This document shows positions 27,149 through 36,659 of a stretch of 64,000 nt of DNA, piece after piece (the first letter of the stretch is position 1; each line of letters starts with the position of its first letter). Both the position numbers and the translations under genes were made by a program. The notes under the pieces were generated by a model, which searched no databases, had not been told where the DNA came from, and saw only the letters and a list, made by a program, of their open reading frames with translations. Source of the DNA: Polyangiaceae bacterium (GTDB taxonomy: Bacteria > Myxococcota_A > Polyangia > Polyangiales > Polyangiaceae); assembly GCA_044376115.1 (NCBI GenBank), contig JBILLK010000026.1, positions 82,461 through 146,460 on the forward strand, read 5' to 3'.

Positions 27149-27949
27149 ATGCGCACACTCTCCCTGGCCCTCGGGCTCGTACTCTGCACCGTGCCAGCTA
27201 CGCTGGCGCACGCCCAAGCCACACCGCTTGGGCAGGCCAAGCCGCGTACGCAACCGCCAACCAAAACCGACGACCAACAGCAGGCTTTGCGGCTGTTTGA
27301 ACAAGGCAAGCAGGCCTACCGCGAGGGCCGCTTCGAGGACTCGGTCAAGCTGCTCGAGCAGGCCTTCGCCCTCGTGCCGGAGCCTGTGCTGCTTTACAAC
27401 TTAGCCCGCGCCCATGAGGGCACTGGCAACTTCCCGAGCGCCATTGAGGCCTACGAGCGGTACCTCAAGAGCGAACAAGAAATTCCGGATCGCGGTGCCA
27501 TCGAGCAAAAGCTCACCAGCCTCAAACGCACGGTGGCCGAACGGGAGCGCTTGGCCAAAGAGCGAGATGAGGCGCTACAAAAAAAAGAGGCCGCGCCCGA
27601 GCCGCGGCTGGAGCCACCGCAGTCACAGCTCACTCCGTGGCCGTGGCTCGTGGCCAGCGTCGGAGCGGGCGGGCTCGTCAGCGGCGGTGTGCTCGGCTCG
27701 CTCGCGCTGAGCAAGAATGACGAGGCCGAGGTCGCGCCTTCGCAACAGCAGGCCTTTGACTTGCGCAGCTCGGCAGAGAGCTTCGCTACCGCCTCGACAG
27801 CGCTGTTCGTGATCGGCGGCGTGGTGCTCGCTGGCGGCGTGACCTGGGGCATCATCGAGCTGGTGAGCCAAGATGGTGCTGGCCCCAGCGACAACAAGGC
27901 CGAGCTCGTACTCGGGCCGAGCTCCGTATGGCTGAAGACCACCTTTTGA
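27149..27949 (+). CDS. exported TPR protein with hydrophobic C-terminus
   Basis: Signal peptide ending AHA; LFEQGKQAY...LYNLARAHE...AIEAYERYL TPR; two Gly-rich hydrophobic segments; ends VWLKTTF. Confidence 0.85.
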   Translation: MRTLSLALGLVLCTVPATLAHAQATPLGQAKPRTQPPTKTDDQQQALRLFEQGKQAYREGRFEDSVKLLEQAFALVPEPVLLYNLARAHEGTGNFPSAIEAYERYLKSEQEIPDRGAIEQKLTSLKRTVAERERLAKERDEALQKKEAAPEPRLEPPQSQLTPWPWLVASVGAGGLVSGGVLGSLALSKNDEAEVAPSQQQAFDLRSSAESFATASTALFVIGGVVLAGGVTWGIIELVSQDGAGPSDNKAELVLGPSSVWLKTTF

Positions 27950-27956
27950 GGCACGC

Positions 27957-28946
27957 ATGAACGCACTGCGCCCCATCACCTCCGCATCGCTGCTCGCCGC
28001 GCTCACGAGCTGCGTGTTACCCCCGCTCGATCTCGAGGACCGGCCCTGTCCGTGCGCGGACGGTTACGTCTGCAACGCGAGCACCCAGCTGTGCGAGCTG
28101 CCCGGCTCAGCCGGAGGAGGAGGTGCGAGCGTCGGCGGTGCACCGTCCGGAGGCTCGAACTCGATCGGTGGTGGGGGCAGCGGCGGTGCTGGGGGCAGTG
28201 GCGGTGCTGGGGGCAGCGGCGGTGCTGGGGGCAGCGGCGGTGCTGGGGGCAGCGGCGGTGCTCCCTCGGTCTACGCAGCACGCGTCCTACAAGACGGCGC
28301 GATTGCTCATTACCGGCTCAACGAGCCGCAAAACAGCGCCATCGCCTTCGACTCGATCGGCGATCACCACGGCATGTATGCACTGTCGGTCAGCCGCGGT
28401 GCACCGGGAGCGCTTGCTAGCGATGACGATCCGGCGGTCAAGCTCAACGGGGTGGACGGCGCGATCCTGGTGCCGGACAACTTCGACTTTGCGGGCTCAG
28501 CGCCTTATTCGATCGAGCTTTGGTACAAGCCCGACGGCGGCGACGGCTTCCGGTTCCTATTCGAGAAGCGTGGCAGTGTGAACGGAGCGCGCGATGGAAA
28601 TTCGCTCTTGCTCTACCCGGACAATAAGGCCGGTCTCGAACGTTGGTCCAACGGCAGCGCCCATGTCAGCGCGCAGCTTGGCACCTCATCGGATGGCGTT
28701 TGGCATCACATCGTTTCTACCTTTGACGGGCAGCGAGCGCGCACCTACGTGGACGGCTTCTTGGGCGGCGTACCAGGCGTCACCAACGCGACCCTGACCG
28801 ACAGCGACAGCCCGGTGGCGTTCGGCGCGGAGTCCTCGCTCAACGGCGGGTTCTTCAGCGGCAGCCTCGACGAAGTCGCCATCTACCCAGCGGCGCTCTC
28901 CCTCGAGCAAATCAGCGCCCACTTCCAGCTCGGCTCGTTGCCATGA
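27957..28946 (+). CDS. LamG/concanavalin-like jelly-roll lipoprotein
   Basis: Lipobox LTSC; small CPC..GYVC module; HYRLNE, WHHIVSTFDG, FSGSLDEVAIY. Confidence 0.88.
   Translation: MNALRPITSASLLAALTSCVLPPLDLEDRPCPCADGYVCNASTQLCELPGSAGGGGASVGGAPSGGSNSIGGGGSGGAGGSGGAGGSGGAGGSGGAGGSGGAPSVYAARVLQDGAIAHYRLNEPQNSAIAFDSIGDHHGMYALSVSRGAPGALASDDDPAVKLNGVDGAILVPDNFDFAGSAPYSIELWYKPDGGDGFRFLFEKRGSVNGARDGNSLLLYPDNKAGLERWSNGSAHVSAQLGTSSDGVWHHIVSTFDGQRARTYVDGFLGGVPGVTNATLTDSDSPVAFGAESSLNGGFFSGSLDEVAIYPAALSLEQISAHFQLGSLP
28173..28262 (+). repeat. 18-bp tandem repeat x5 encoding GGSGGA linker
   Basis: gggggcagcggcggtgct x5, one mismatch in copy 2. Confidence 0.9.
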
Positions 28947-30130
28947 AGCTGTTGCATCGAACGAGCCTACTCAGCCTGGGTTGCTTGCTCGCAAGCTCAT
29001 GCGCAGCGGCCCCCGCGGAGCTCGGCAAGCAGGCACCGAACGCCAGCGTGACCGCGTCCGCGCCTGCCACAGCTTCGGCGCTCGCGTCGGACGCAAGCGT
29101 CTCCAAGACCGACCCCGGTCCCGAGACAAGCCGGCTCGGCAAGCGCTCGGTATACGCACCACTGCCTGACATCGAGGCCTGCAGCGCCTGCCCTTGGCCG
29201 GGTACCGGTTGCACCGTTGGCGGGGATAAACGCTGCGCGCTCGACAAGGCCGCCTATTGGAAGGTCTGGCCCGAGCGAGTGAAGCCCGCTGAGCCGATCG
29301 GCACCATGGGGTCCTTTTGCATCTCCGGTGCGGCAGGACAAACTGGCTGCGGCGTACCCAGCTCCAACAAAGCAGCCGGCTTCACGAGCCTAACGCCGGA
29401 GAGCCCCTCGCAACGTTTTGCGCTGCTCTCGAGCGAGGAGCTGCTCGGGGTTTACGCCTTCACCGTGACCTCTTACGGCCGCGGCGTACTCGGCGTGGTG
29501 ACGCCGTCGCTGAAGGTGGATGCAGCGCTGTTTGCGCGTGATGGCGGTGCGCTGGTCAGCAACTCCGATGGCGACCTGATTCAAGTTGGCATCGAGCTCG
29601 CGCAGCCACCGCCGGAGCTCCCCGCTCGCATGCCCAGCCTGTTCCCGCAACGCGGCCTGGCTTCAGCGCGTTCGCCGGAGCTATTTCAGAAGGCCGTGGA
29701 GATCGCCAATAAAGCTCGCGCGATCGACGCCAACCTGGGCGACCTCCGTCGCCAGGCCGCGCTCACGCATCGCCGATCCGGCTTCGAGATCCGCTTGGTG
29801 GCGTTCTTCCGGGGCGACAAACTGGTCAAGCTGCTGACCCAACATCCTTATCTCCCGCCGCTGGTCGACATGGCCTTCTACTTCGAGAACGAACAGCTGA
29901 TCCTCGTGCGGACGAGCACGTTCACGTTTGCGACGGACGAGCAGGGCGAGCCCGAGGTCCTCTACGACACCAGCTACCGAGATGAGCGCGGCCTCGTTTG
30001 GTGCGATGACCCAACCTTCGATCCCACGGCGTTGACGCGCAACTCGTTAGTCGCTGGCGGCTCGCTCGTCTCTGAGGTCAAGAAGGCGCTCAAAGACCCG
30101 GACTACCACCTCGCCGAGGACGTGCTCTAG
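28943..30130 (+). CDS. hypothetical lipoprotein
   Basis: ATGA overlap with upstream gene; LASSC lipobox-like signal; Cys cluster followed by globular region. Confidence 0.7.
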   Translation: MKLLHRTSLLSLGCLLASSCAAAPAELGKQAPNASVTASAPATASALASDASVSKTDPGPETSRLGKRSVYAPLPDIEACSACPWPGTGCTVGGDKRCALDKAAYWKVWPERVKPAEPIGTMGSFCISGAAGQTGCGVPSSNKAAGFTSLTPESPSQRFALLSSEELLGVYAFTVTSYGRGVLGVVTPSLKVDAALFARDGGALVSNSDGDLIQVGIELAQPPPELPARMPSLFPQRGLASARSPELFQKAVEIANKARAIDANLGDLRRQAALTHRRSGFEIRLVAFFRGDKLVKLLTQHPYLPPLVDMAFYFENEQLILVRTSTFTFATDEQGEPEVLYDTSYRDERGLVWCDDPTFDPTALTRNSLVAGGSLVSEVKKALKDPDYHLAEDVL

Positions 30131-30188
30131 CCAGCGCAACGTCGCGCTTGCGCACGACCCCGAAGAAGCGCTTTGATAACCGATCATC

Positions 30189-31055
30189 GTGATCAACACA
30201 CCGCGCTGGCACCCCGGACAGAGCATCGTATCTCGCTATCAACTGCGTGCGCACCTCGGCTCGGGCGCCGCGGCAGAGGTGTGGCGCGCTTTCGATTCGC
30301 TGCTCGAGGCCACCGTCGCCATCAAGCTCTTGGACCCTCAATATGCAAGTAGCGAAGTCGCCCAGCGCTTTCTGCGCGAAGCGCGCGCCTCGGCTCAACT
30401 GCGCAGCCTTCACGTCGTACAGATCCTCGATCACGGGCTGCACGGGATGGTTCCCTACATCACGATGGAACTGCTCGAAGGGGAGACGCTCGCTGCGCGA
30501 CTCGAGCGTCAGGATCACCTCTCCCCCGAAACCTTGACCCACCTCTTTGGTCACATCGCCAAGGCCGTCGCCAAAGCCCACTCGGCCAACATCATTCACC
30601 GCGACCTAAAGCCATCGAACATCTTCATCGTGCGTGGGGACGAGCCCGACGAAGAGATCGGCAAGGTGTTCGACTTCGGCATCGCCAAGGTTGCACAAGC
30701 TGCCGGTTCCGCGCCAAAAACAAGCATGACGCGGCTCGGCACCTTGCTCGGTACGCCCTACTACATGAGCCCGGAGCAAGCCCGCGGGGACCTGGTTACC
30801 TCGGCCACCGACATCTATGCGATGGGCATCGTCGCCTTCGAGGCGCTCACCGGTAAGCTCCCCTTCACCAGCGACAACGTGGGCGACATCCTCGAGTTCG
30901 CGTCCGCCGGCGATCTGCTCCGCCCTTCCAGCGTCGCCGACGTCTCGCCCGACTTCGACGCGTGGTTCGCCATGGCCACCGCCTACGAGCCGAAGGCGCG
31001 CTTCGCCTCCGCCAAGGAGTGCGCGGCGGCGCTGAAGAGCTGCTTGTTGGAGTAG
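30189..31055 (+). CDS. Ser/Thr protein kinase, catalytic domain only
   Basis: LGSGAAAEV, VAIK, HRDLKPSN, DFG, YMSPE; no TM segment. Confidence 0.92.
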   Translation: MINTPRWHPGQSIVSRYQLRAHLGSGAAAEVWRAFDSLLEATVAIKLLDPQYASSEVAQRFLREARASAQLRSLHVVQILDHGLHGMVPYITMELLEGETLAARLERQDHLSPETLTHLFGHIAKAVAKAHSANIIHRDLKPSNIFIVRGDEPDEEIGKVFDFGIAKVAQAAGSAPKTSMTRLGTLLGTPYYMSPEQARGDLVTSATDIYAMGIVAFEALTGKLPFTSDNVGDILEFASAGDLLRPSSVADVSPDFDAWFAMATAYEPKARFASAKECAAALKSCLLE

Positions 31056-31085
31056 GGCTGGTTACGAGGCTTGGCGTCCGCCTTC

Positions 31086-31961
31086 CTACGAGGCGTCGGC
31101 GATTGAACGAATGGCGTTGGCGAAGGTGCCCCATAGCGGGCGTGGCAAGTCGTGCCCCATATCGCCGAGCTCGAGAAGGCGGGCGTTGGGAATGGTGCGC
31201 GCCATGGCGCGGCCGGCGATCACGGGGATGAGCGGGTCTTGCGAGCCGTGGATCACGAGCGTCGGTAGCTGCAGTTTCGAGAGCGCGTTGCTGCGACTTC
31301 CGCCTGCGCAGATCGCCGCCATTTGCCGAGCGAAGCCGGCCGGATTTTGACCGCGGTCATAGGAGCGCTCGGCCATGTCGCGGAGGACGCTCTCATCCAA
31401 GGCGTGCGTGCGACTTCCAATCGCGCGGAAGGTGTTGAGCATGCGCTGGACGGCTTGCTCGCGGGTGCGCGGAAGCGGACCAAGCAGCGCCTTGAGCGCG
31501 CCGGGTTGGGTCGCGAGCACGTGCCGGCGATCGCCCGCCGTCGACATCACCGAGGTGAGCGAGAGCACGCGCGCGCGATGCTCGATCGCCACCGTCTGCG
31601 CGATCATGCCGCCCATCGAGGCGCCGACGATATGCGCCTTCCCTACGCCGAGTACATCGAGCACGCCGACGACGTCGCGGGCCATGTCGCTGAGCGTGTA
31701 CGGCGCGTCCACCTTGAGCCCGAGCGCAGCCCGCAATAGCGCCTTGCGCGGATCCGGGATCGGCAAGTGGCGCAGATGCGAGGAAAGTCCGACATCGCGG
31801 TTATCCATCCGGATGACCGAGAAGCCGAGCTCCACCAGCCGCGCGCAAAATGGCTCTGGCCAAAGCACCAGCTGCGCGCCGATGCCCATCAACAAAACGA
31901 GGGGCTCGCCCTCCCCTTGCCGCTCGACCTCAATCTCGATTCCGTTCGCTTGGACCCGCAT
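31086..31961 (-). CDS. alpha/beta hydrolase
   Basis: DNRDVGLS, GASMGG nucleophile elbow, IHGSQDPL, MGHDL. Confidence 0.93.
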   Translation of the reverse strand: MRVQANGIEIEVERQGEGEPLVLLMGIGAQLVLWPEPFCARLVELGFSVIRMDNRDVGLSSHLRHLPIPDPRKALLRAALGLKVDAPYTLSDMARDVVGVLDVLGVGKAHIVGASMGGMIAQTVAIEHRARVLSLTSVMSTAGDRRHVLATQPGALKALLGPLPRTREQAVQRMLNTFRAIGSRTHALDESVLRDMAERSYDRGQNPAGFARQMAAICAGGSRSNALSKLQLPTLVIHGSQDPLIPVIAGRAMARTIPNARLLELGDMGHDLPRPLWGTFANAIRSIADAS

Positions 31962-32044
31962 GTCGTCGGTCCTTCCCACACTCGCGTGGAGCCGGCTAGG
32001 CCTGCGTCAACCTACGTCTAGGGCCGTGTGCGCGAGGGCTCAAA

Positions 32045-32061
32045 CTGGCGGAAAAGCTGCC
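32045..32061 (+). promoter_or_regulatory. possible sigma54-type -24/-12 element upstream of the kinase
   Basis: CTGGCGGAAAAGCTGCC has GG-N10-GC spacing but only a partial consensus match. Confidence 0.25.
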
Positions 32062-32160
32062 TGTGCACGAGAGACCGTTGCCCGAGGTTGTTCGGCCGAG
32101 CAATTTCAGCTAAAAATTGAGGTCTCGAGTCCTCACCGCTCGAAAACCCTTAGGAGCAGA

Positions 32161-33819
32161 GTGGACGCTAAGAACCTCGTAGGCTCAACCATCGACAACC
32201 GCTACGAGGTCACGCGTGTGATCGGAGCCGGCGGGATGGGCGCCGTTTACGAGGCGATGCACGCGGGCACCGGTCGGCGCGTTGCCGTGAAGGTGATTTC
32301 GACGGGCGACGTGACGCGAGACGCAGGCCTTGTCGGTCGCTTCCAACGGGAAGCAAAGGCTGCTGGCGCGATCGCCACGCAGCACATCTGCCAAGTGCTC
32401 GACACCGGCACCGACGCCACCACCGGCTGGCCGTACATGGCCATGGAGTTCATGGAAGGGGAGGACGTACAGCAGCTCGTACGTCGCATCGGCGTGGTCA
32501 GCGGAGAGCTCGCGCTGCGCATCGTCGCGCAAGCCTGCGTTGGGCTGGCAAAGGCCCACGCCGCGGGTGTCGTGCACCGCGATATCAAGCCGGCCAACCT
32601 CTTTCTCGCCAAAGGGGACGACGGCAAAGTCGTGATCAAGCTGCTCGACTTCGGCATCGCCAAAGTGAAGATGGAGCACGCGAGTGAAACCGGAGATGCC
32701 GGCCTCACTCGCACCGGCACCATGCTGGGCTCACCGCTCTACATGTCGCCTGAGCAAGCCCGCGGCATGAAGACGATCGATCACCGCGCCGACATTTGGT
32801 CGCTAGGCGTGGTGCTCTATGAGCTGCTTTGCGGTCGCACGCCGTATCACCACATCGACGCGCTGGGCGAGCTGATCATCGCCATCTGCTCGGAGCCGCC
32901 GGCGCCGGTGCAAGAGTTCGGGCCGTGGATTTCGCCGGAGGCCGCCACCATCGTGCACAAGGCCCTGCGCGCCAATCCGAACGATCGCTACCAGACGGCG
33001 ACCGAGATGCTCGACGCGATCAAGCAGGTGCTGCCGAACGGCTTCGACGTCTCTGACTCGATGTTGGTTGGCCTGAGCGAAATCCAGCGCTCTGACATCG
33101 CGCAACGCATCTCGGTCACGCCTTCGCCGGACGTCAACCGTACGAGTCAGCTGCCCAGCCACGCTCGCTCCACCCCGCCACCGGCCGGCCAAACGCAGAT
33201 CAATTCGCAGCTCAACTCGCGCACCAATGAAGGCGTCGCGACCTCAACGGAGCGCTCGCCGCCCCGTCAGAAGTCGAACCTGCCTTACATCCTGGCCGGT
33301 CTCGGCGTGAGCATCCTCGGCGGCGGCTTTGCGGCCTACAAGTTCGCCGGCGACGAGAGCGCTCCGGAGCCTGTGGCCCTCCCCGGCGCCACGACCACGC
33401 CCACACCGACGGCTATTCCGCAGCCAACGGTTGCCCCTGCTGCAACCAACACCGCGCCCGCCGTCAACCCGATCGCCAAAGACAAGACGGTCAGCTTGGT
33501 GATCTTCCCGGAAGACGCAGTGGTCGTCGTGGACGGTCAGCCCGCAGAGGTCCGGCGCGGCGTCGTGCGCATCAGCGGTGCGCTCGGTAGCGAGCACGAG
33601 GTGAAGCTCACCGTGAACAAGCAAACGGTCTCGGAGATCGTCGTGATCTCGGAGAGCGGTGCGTCGCCGCCCAAACTCGAGCTGGAGGTCAAATCCGGGG
33701 TCGTGCGCGTGATCAAGCCCGCTGGCCCGGGCGGAGCCGCAGGGACGTCCGCTCCCATCGTGACGCCCGGCACCGGCAAGCCTGCTGTAGGGATCGAACA
33801 GAAGTTCGGCGACGACTGA
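32161..33819 (+). CDS. transmembrane Ser/Thr protein kinase with periplasmic PEGA-like domain
   Basis: AGGAG RBS then GTG; IGAGGMGAV, VAVK, HRDIKPAN, DFG, YMSPE; TM helix; Pro/Thr linker; IFPEDAVVVVDG. Confidence 0.93.
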   Translation: MDAKNLVGSTIDNRYEVTRVIGAGGMGAVYEAMHAGTGRRVAVKVISTGDVTRDAGLVGRFQREAKAAGAIATQHICQVLDTGTDATTGWPYMAMEFMEGEDVQQLVRRIGVVSGELALRIVAQACVGLAKAHAAGVVHRDIKPANLFLAKGDDGKVVIKLLDFGIAKVKMEHASETGDAGLTRTGTMLGSPLYMSPEQARGMKTIDHRADIWSLGVVLYELLCGRTPYHHIDALGELIIAICSEPPAPVQEFGPWISPEAATIVHKALRANPNDRYQTATEMLDAIKQVLPNGFDVSDSMLVGLSEIQRSDIAQRISVTPSPDVNRTSQLPSHARSTPPPAGQTQINSQLNSRTNEGVATSTERSPPRQKSNLPYILAGLGVSILGGGFAAYKFAGDESAPEPVALPGATTTPTPTAIPQPTVAPAATNTAPAVNPIAKDKTVSLVIFPEDAVVVVDGQPAEVRRGVVRISGALGSEHEVKLTVNKQTVSEIVVISESGASPPKLELEVKSGVVRVIKPAGPGGAAGTSAPIVTPGTGKPAVGIEQKFGDD

Positions 33820-33868
33820 GCGTGGTCGATCGACAGGGCTGGTGGATGCTCGGATAGTATCCCCGGCC

Positions 33869-34633
33869 ATGCGGCGCCGATCTCTCCTCCACGCTAGTGG
33901 AGCTTTGCTGACCTCTTCCCTTGGGTGTGGCCCTGCTTCGGAAGCTCAGGCTCCGTCCGTGGCAGCGAAGCCTTCGCCTTCAGCGGCCGCACCAGCGTCA
34001 ACGGAGGGGCTCGCTCCGACGAGCACGGCCGCAACGTCCGCTGCGAGCGCAAGCCCGAACGCGAGCGCCTCGGTAGCGACGCCCAGCGAGGGACTCGGCG
34101 CGCCCGCCATCACGCCGCTCCCGGAGTTCGCGCGAGTCATCGCTCGGGTCGGGAAGAACCATGGGCACTCGTTCGTCGTGCCCGTCGCCGACGTCATCGC
34201 TGGGAAAGAGGTCACTTACTCGCTCCCAGGACCGCACGAGCACGCGATCACGCTCTCTGCCGACGACTTAACGGTGATTCGCCGCGGAGAGATCCTCCGC
34301 GTGCGCAGCACCGAGGCGAACAACCACAAGCACCGGCTCTGGGTACGCAGCGCTCCCGCCGTCGATCCCCCGGAGTGGATCAGCGCTTGTAAGGCGACCT
34401 TCACCGGCAAGGACGAACACGAGCTCGTGGTCCCCGAGGCCGACCTCGCCTCCACCGTCGAGCGTTCGTACGACGTTCAGGGCATCGCTGGTCACGCGCA
34501 CACGGTGACGCTGGGCCCCGCCGACTTCGACAAGCTTCGGAAGGGTGGGCCGGTGACGGTGCACACCTCGCGCGAGGTTTCGGATGTGCACCTTCACACG
34601 GTAACGGTGGAAGTACTCAAGCGGCGTCGTTGA
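33869..34633 (+). CDS. Tat-exported lipoprotein with duplicated HxH-rich domain
   Basis: MRRRSLL...SLGC; two ~75-aa repeats carrying NHGH/HEH/HKH and DEH/HAH/HLH. Confidence 0.8.
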   Translation: MRRRSLLHASGALLTSSLGCGPASEAQAPSVAAKPSPSAAAPASTEGLAPTSTAATSAASASPNASASVATPSEGLGAPAITPLPEFARVIARVGKNHGHSFVVPVADVIAGKEVTYSLPGPHEHAITLSADDLTVIRRGEILRVRSTEANNHKHRLWVRSAPAVDPPEWISACKATFTGKDEHELVVPEADLASTVERSYDVQGIAGHAHTVTLGPADFDKLRKGGPVTVHTSREVSDVHLHTVTVEVLKRRR

Positions 34634-34646
34634 CGCCGCTGCGAGT

Positions 34647-36659
34647 TCAGAAGCTGGCGCGCGCCGAGATCCCGGGGACGATCAGGCCGGTCGTGCCGAA
34701 GGTGGTCTCTTCCGCCTCGTAGGAGGAGATGCCGTCGCCGGTGACGTTGAGGGTCGGGTTTTCATCGCCGCCCCAGGTTGGCGCGCTGGGCGTAATCAGC
34801 ACCACGCCCTGCACGCCCACGCCCACCTCGAAGGTCTCGGTCAAGCGGTAGCCGATGGAGACCTCGGGATCGACGTAGATGAAGGTGGAGAGCGAGCTGC
34901 TCTCGAGCGCCGGAGCATCGAACGAACCGCCAGCGCGCGTAGCGAAGGTGCCCGTACGAACCGCACGAGCGTCGCTGATGAGAGCGCCGCCGCCGAGTCG
35001 GAAGCGAATCGGGAATTGCTCGCCCAAACGATACGAAGCGTGAGCACCAGCGAGTACGCCGCGCAGCCGCAGATCGTCGTTCGCGGAGCCGCTCAGGCCG
35101 TCGAGCCCGACCGGCGTGAGCGAAGTGCCGCGTTCTTCGAACGATTGCGAAGCCTGCATGATGCCGGCGGAAAGCCCGAGGCCGAAGCCGGAGCCGAATT
35201 CGTAGGTGCCGTTGATCATCATTAGGCCGCCAAAGCCGAGCGATTGAGCGCAGCCTTCACCGCACGAGGCCGCGACGTCTCCGCCGAGAGTTGGCGTAAG
35301 CGCGACGCCGCCGGTGATATCGAAGACGATCTTGGAGGGCACACGCCAGGCGTCTGCGCTCTCATCGCGCTCGAGCTCGAACTTGAGTTCACCGCGATCA
35401 CCGCGCTCTACCGTGACTTCTTGGCGCTTGGGGAAGTAGCCCTCGGCGAGCACCTCCACCGTGTGTTTGCCGGTGCGTAGTCGTCCGTCGAAGACGCCGC
35501 GACCCACCGTTACACCGTCGAGACGAACGCTCGCGCTTAGCGGCTTCACATTGACGAGCAGCCCCGCCTCGAGCGGCTCGGCGACCAACGTCAAGGTGGA
35601 GAGTTCGTCTTTGGCGACCGGCGCTGCGGTCGGCATCGTGCCTTGGTCCCCGTCGCCCAGCAGTTGGATCACGTGATCGCCCGTGGCCACGGTGCCTTCC
35701 CACGGCGTCACACCAACCACCGCGCCGTCGAGCAGAACGTCCAGCTTGAGACCGTTCTTCTCGCTGACCTTCAAGGTTCCTGAGGCCACCAGCGCCGGCA
35801 TCTTGGCGTCGACTTTGGCCGTCTGACCACCGGCGATCTCGAGCGTGGTCTCGAAAGGTTGGAAGCCCTGCTTGAAGAGCCGCACCGAGTGCGTTCCAGC
35901 GCTCACCCGCAACGGATCGATCAGGGGGTAGTCAGCGCGTGCTTTGCCATCCACCAAGATTGACGCGCCGGGCTCTGCGCCGATCACATCGATGGTGCCG
36001 ACGAGCGTACGAAGCTCGGCCACTTCCTTCTGTGCGGCCGCTTTCTTATCTGCGGACTGGTTCGGGTACTCGCGCAAAAGCGCTTCATACAGATCGAGCG
36101 ACTCGTCAAAGCGCTTCAATTTGCGCATACAAAAGGCTGCGTTGTTGAGCGCGGTGCGGGTCGGGAACAGCTCGCGAGAGAGCAAGAACTCAGCGAGCGC
36201 CGCCTGCCATGCGTCTTCGGATAGGAGCTGCAGACCCTTCTTGAAGTGCTCCTCGGCTTCACCACGCTTGGCCGGATCCGGAGGTGCATCTTCATCAGCG
36301 CCGCCACCGCTCGCTGGCGGCGGGGTCGCCGAGACCGGAACAACGACCGGCGGATCGGCGGGCTTGGGCTCAGCAGGCTTCTCAACCGGCTTGGGCTCCG
36401 CCGGCTTCTCAGCAGGCTTCGGATCGGCGGGCTTGGTCTCGGCTGGCTTGGGTTCAGCTTTGGGCGCTGGTTTGCCGGCGGGCTTGGCTGTGGGTCCGGC
36501 GCTCGGTTTGGCCGTGGGTGCAGCACTCGGCTTCGCTGTGGGTGCAGCACTCGGCTTGGCCGTGGGTGCGGGTTGGGCCACTACGCTTCCCGCGAGGGCC
36601 AGGCTCACGACCACGGCGGGAACAACAGAGAACAGCGGCCGCTCGAACAGGCGCTTCAT
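34647..36659 (-). CDS. TPR + PEGA domain protein with predicted C-terminal outer-membrane beta-barrel
   Basis: Signal peptide; PTAKPSAA and KPAEP linker repeats; TPR; three PEGA repeats; alternating beta strands ending ISARASF. Confidence 0.85.
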   Translation of the reverse strand: MKRLFERPLFSVVPAVVVSLALAGSVVAQPAPTAKPSAAPTAKPSAAPTAKPSAGPTAKPAGKPAPKAEPKPAETKPADPKPAEKPAEPKPVEKPAEPKPADPPVVVPVSATPPPASGGGADEDAPPDPAKRGEAEEHFKKGLQLLSEDAWQAALAEFLLSRELFPTRTALNNAAFCMRKLKRFDESLDLYEALLREYPNQSADKKAAAQKEVAELRTLVGTIDVIGAEPGASILVDGKARADYPLIDPLRVSAGTHSVRLFKQGFQPFETTLEIAGGQTAKVDAKMPALVASGTLKVSEKNGLKLDVLLDGAVVGVTPWEGTVATGDHVIQLLGDGDQGTMPTAAPVAKDELSTLTLVAEPLEAGLLVNVKPLSASVRLDGVTVGRGVFDGRLRTGKHTVEVLAEGYFPKRQEVTVERGDRGELKFELERDESADAWRVPSKIVFDITGGVALTPTLGGDVAASCGEGCAQSLGFGGLMMINGTYEFGSGFGLGLSAGIMQASQSFEERGTSLTPVGLDGLSGSANDDLRLRGVLAGAHASYRLGEQFPIRFRLGGGALISDARAVRTGTFATRAGGSFDAPALESSSLSTFIYVDPEVSIGYRLTETFEVGVGVQGVVLITPSAPTWGGDENPTLNVTGDGISSYEAEETTFGTTGLIVPGISARASF

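Noticed and set aside
31780..31790. GAGGAAAGTCC, the RNase P RNA conserved motif
   Set aside because: It is the antisense of the conserved DVGLSS codons of the hydrolase, and no other RNase P elements were seen.
31375..32160. N-terminal extensions in the ORF track (kinase 31375, sulfatase 21098, RCC1 10403, lipoprotein 9969, DUF4336 12851)
   Set aside because: They overlap opposite-strand genes; better starts with an RBS, signal peptide or domain boundary lie downstream.
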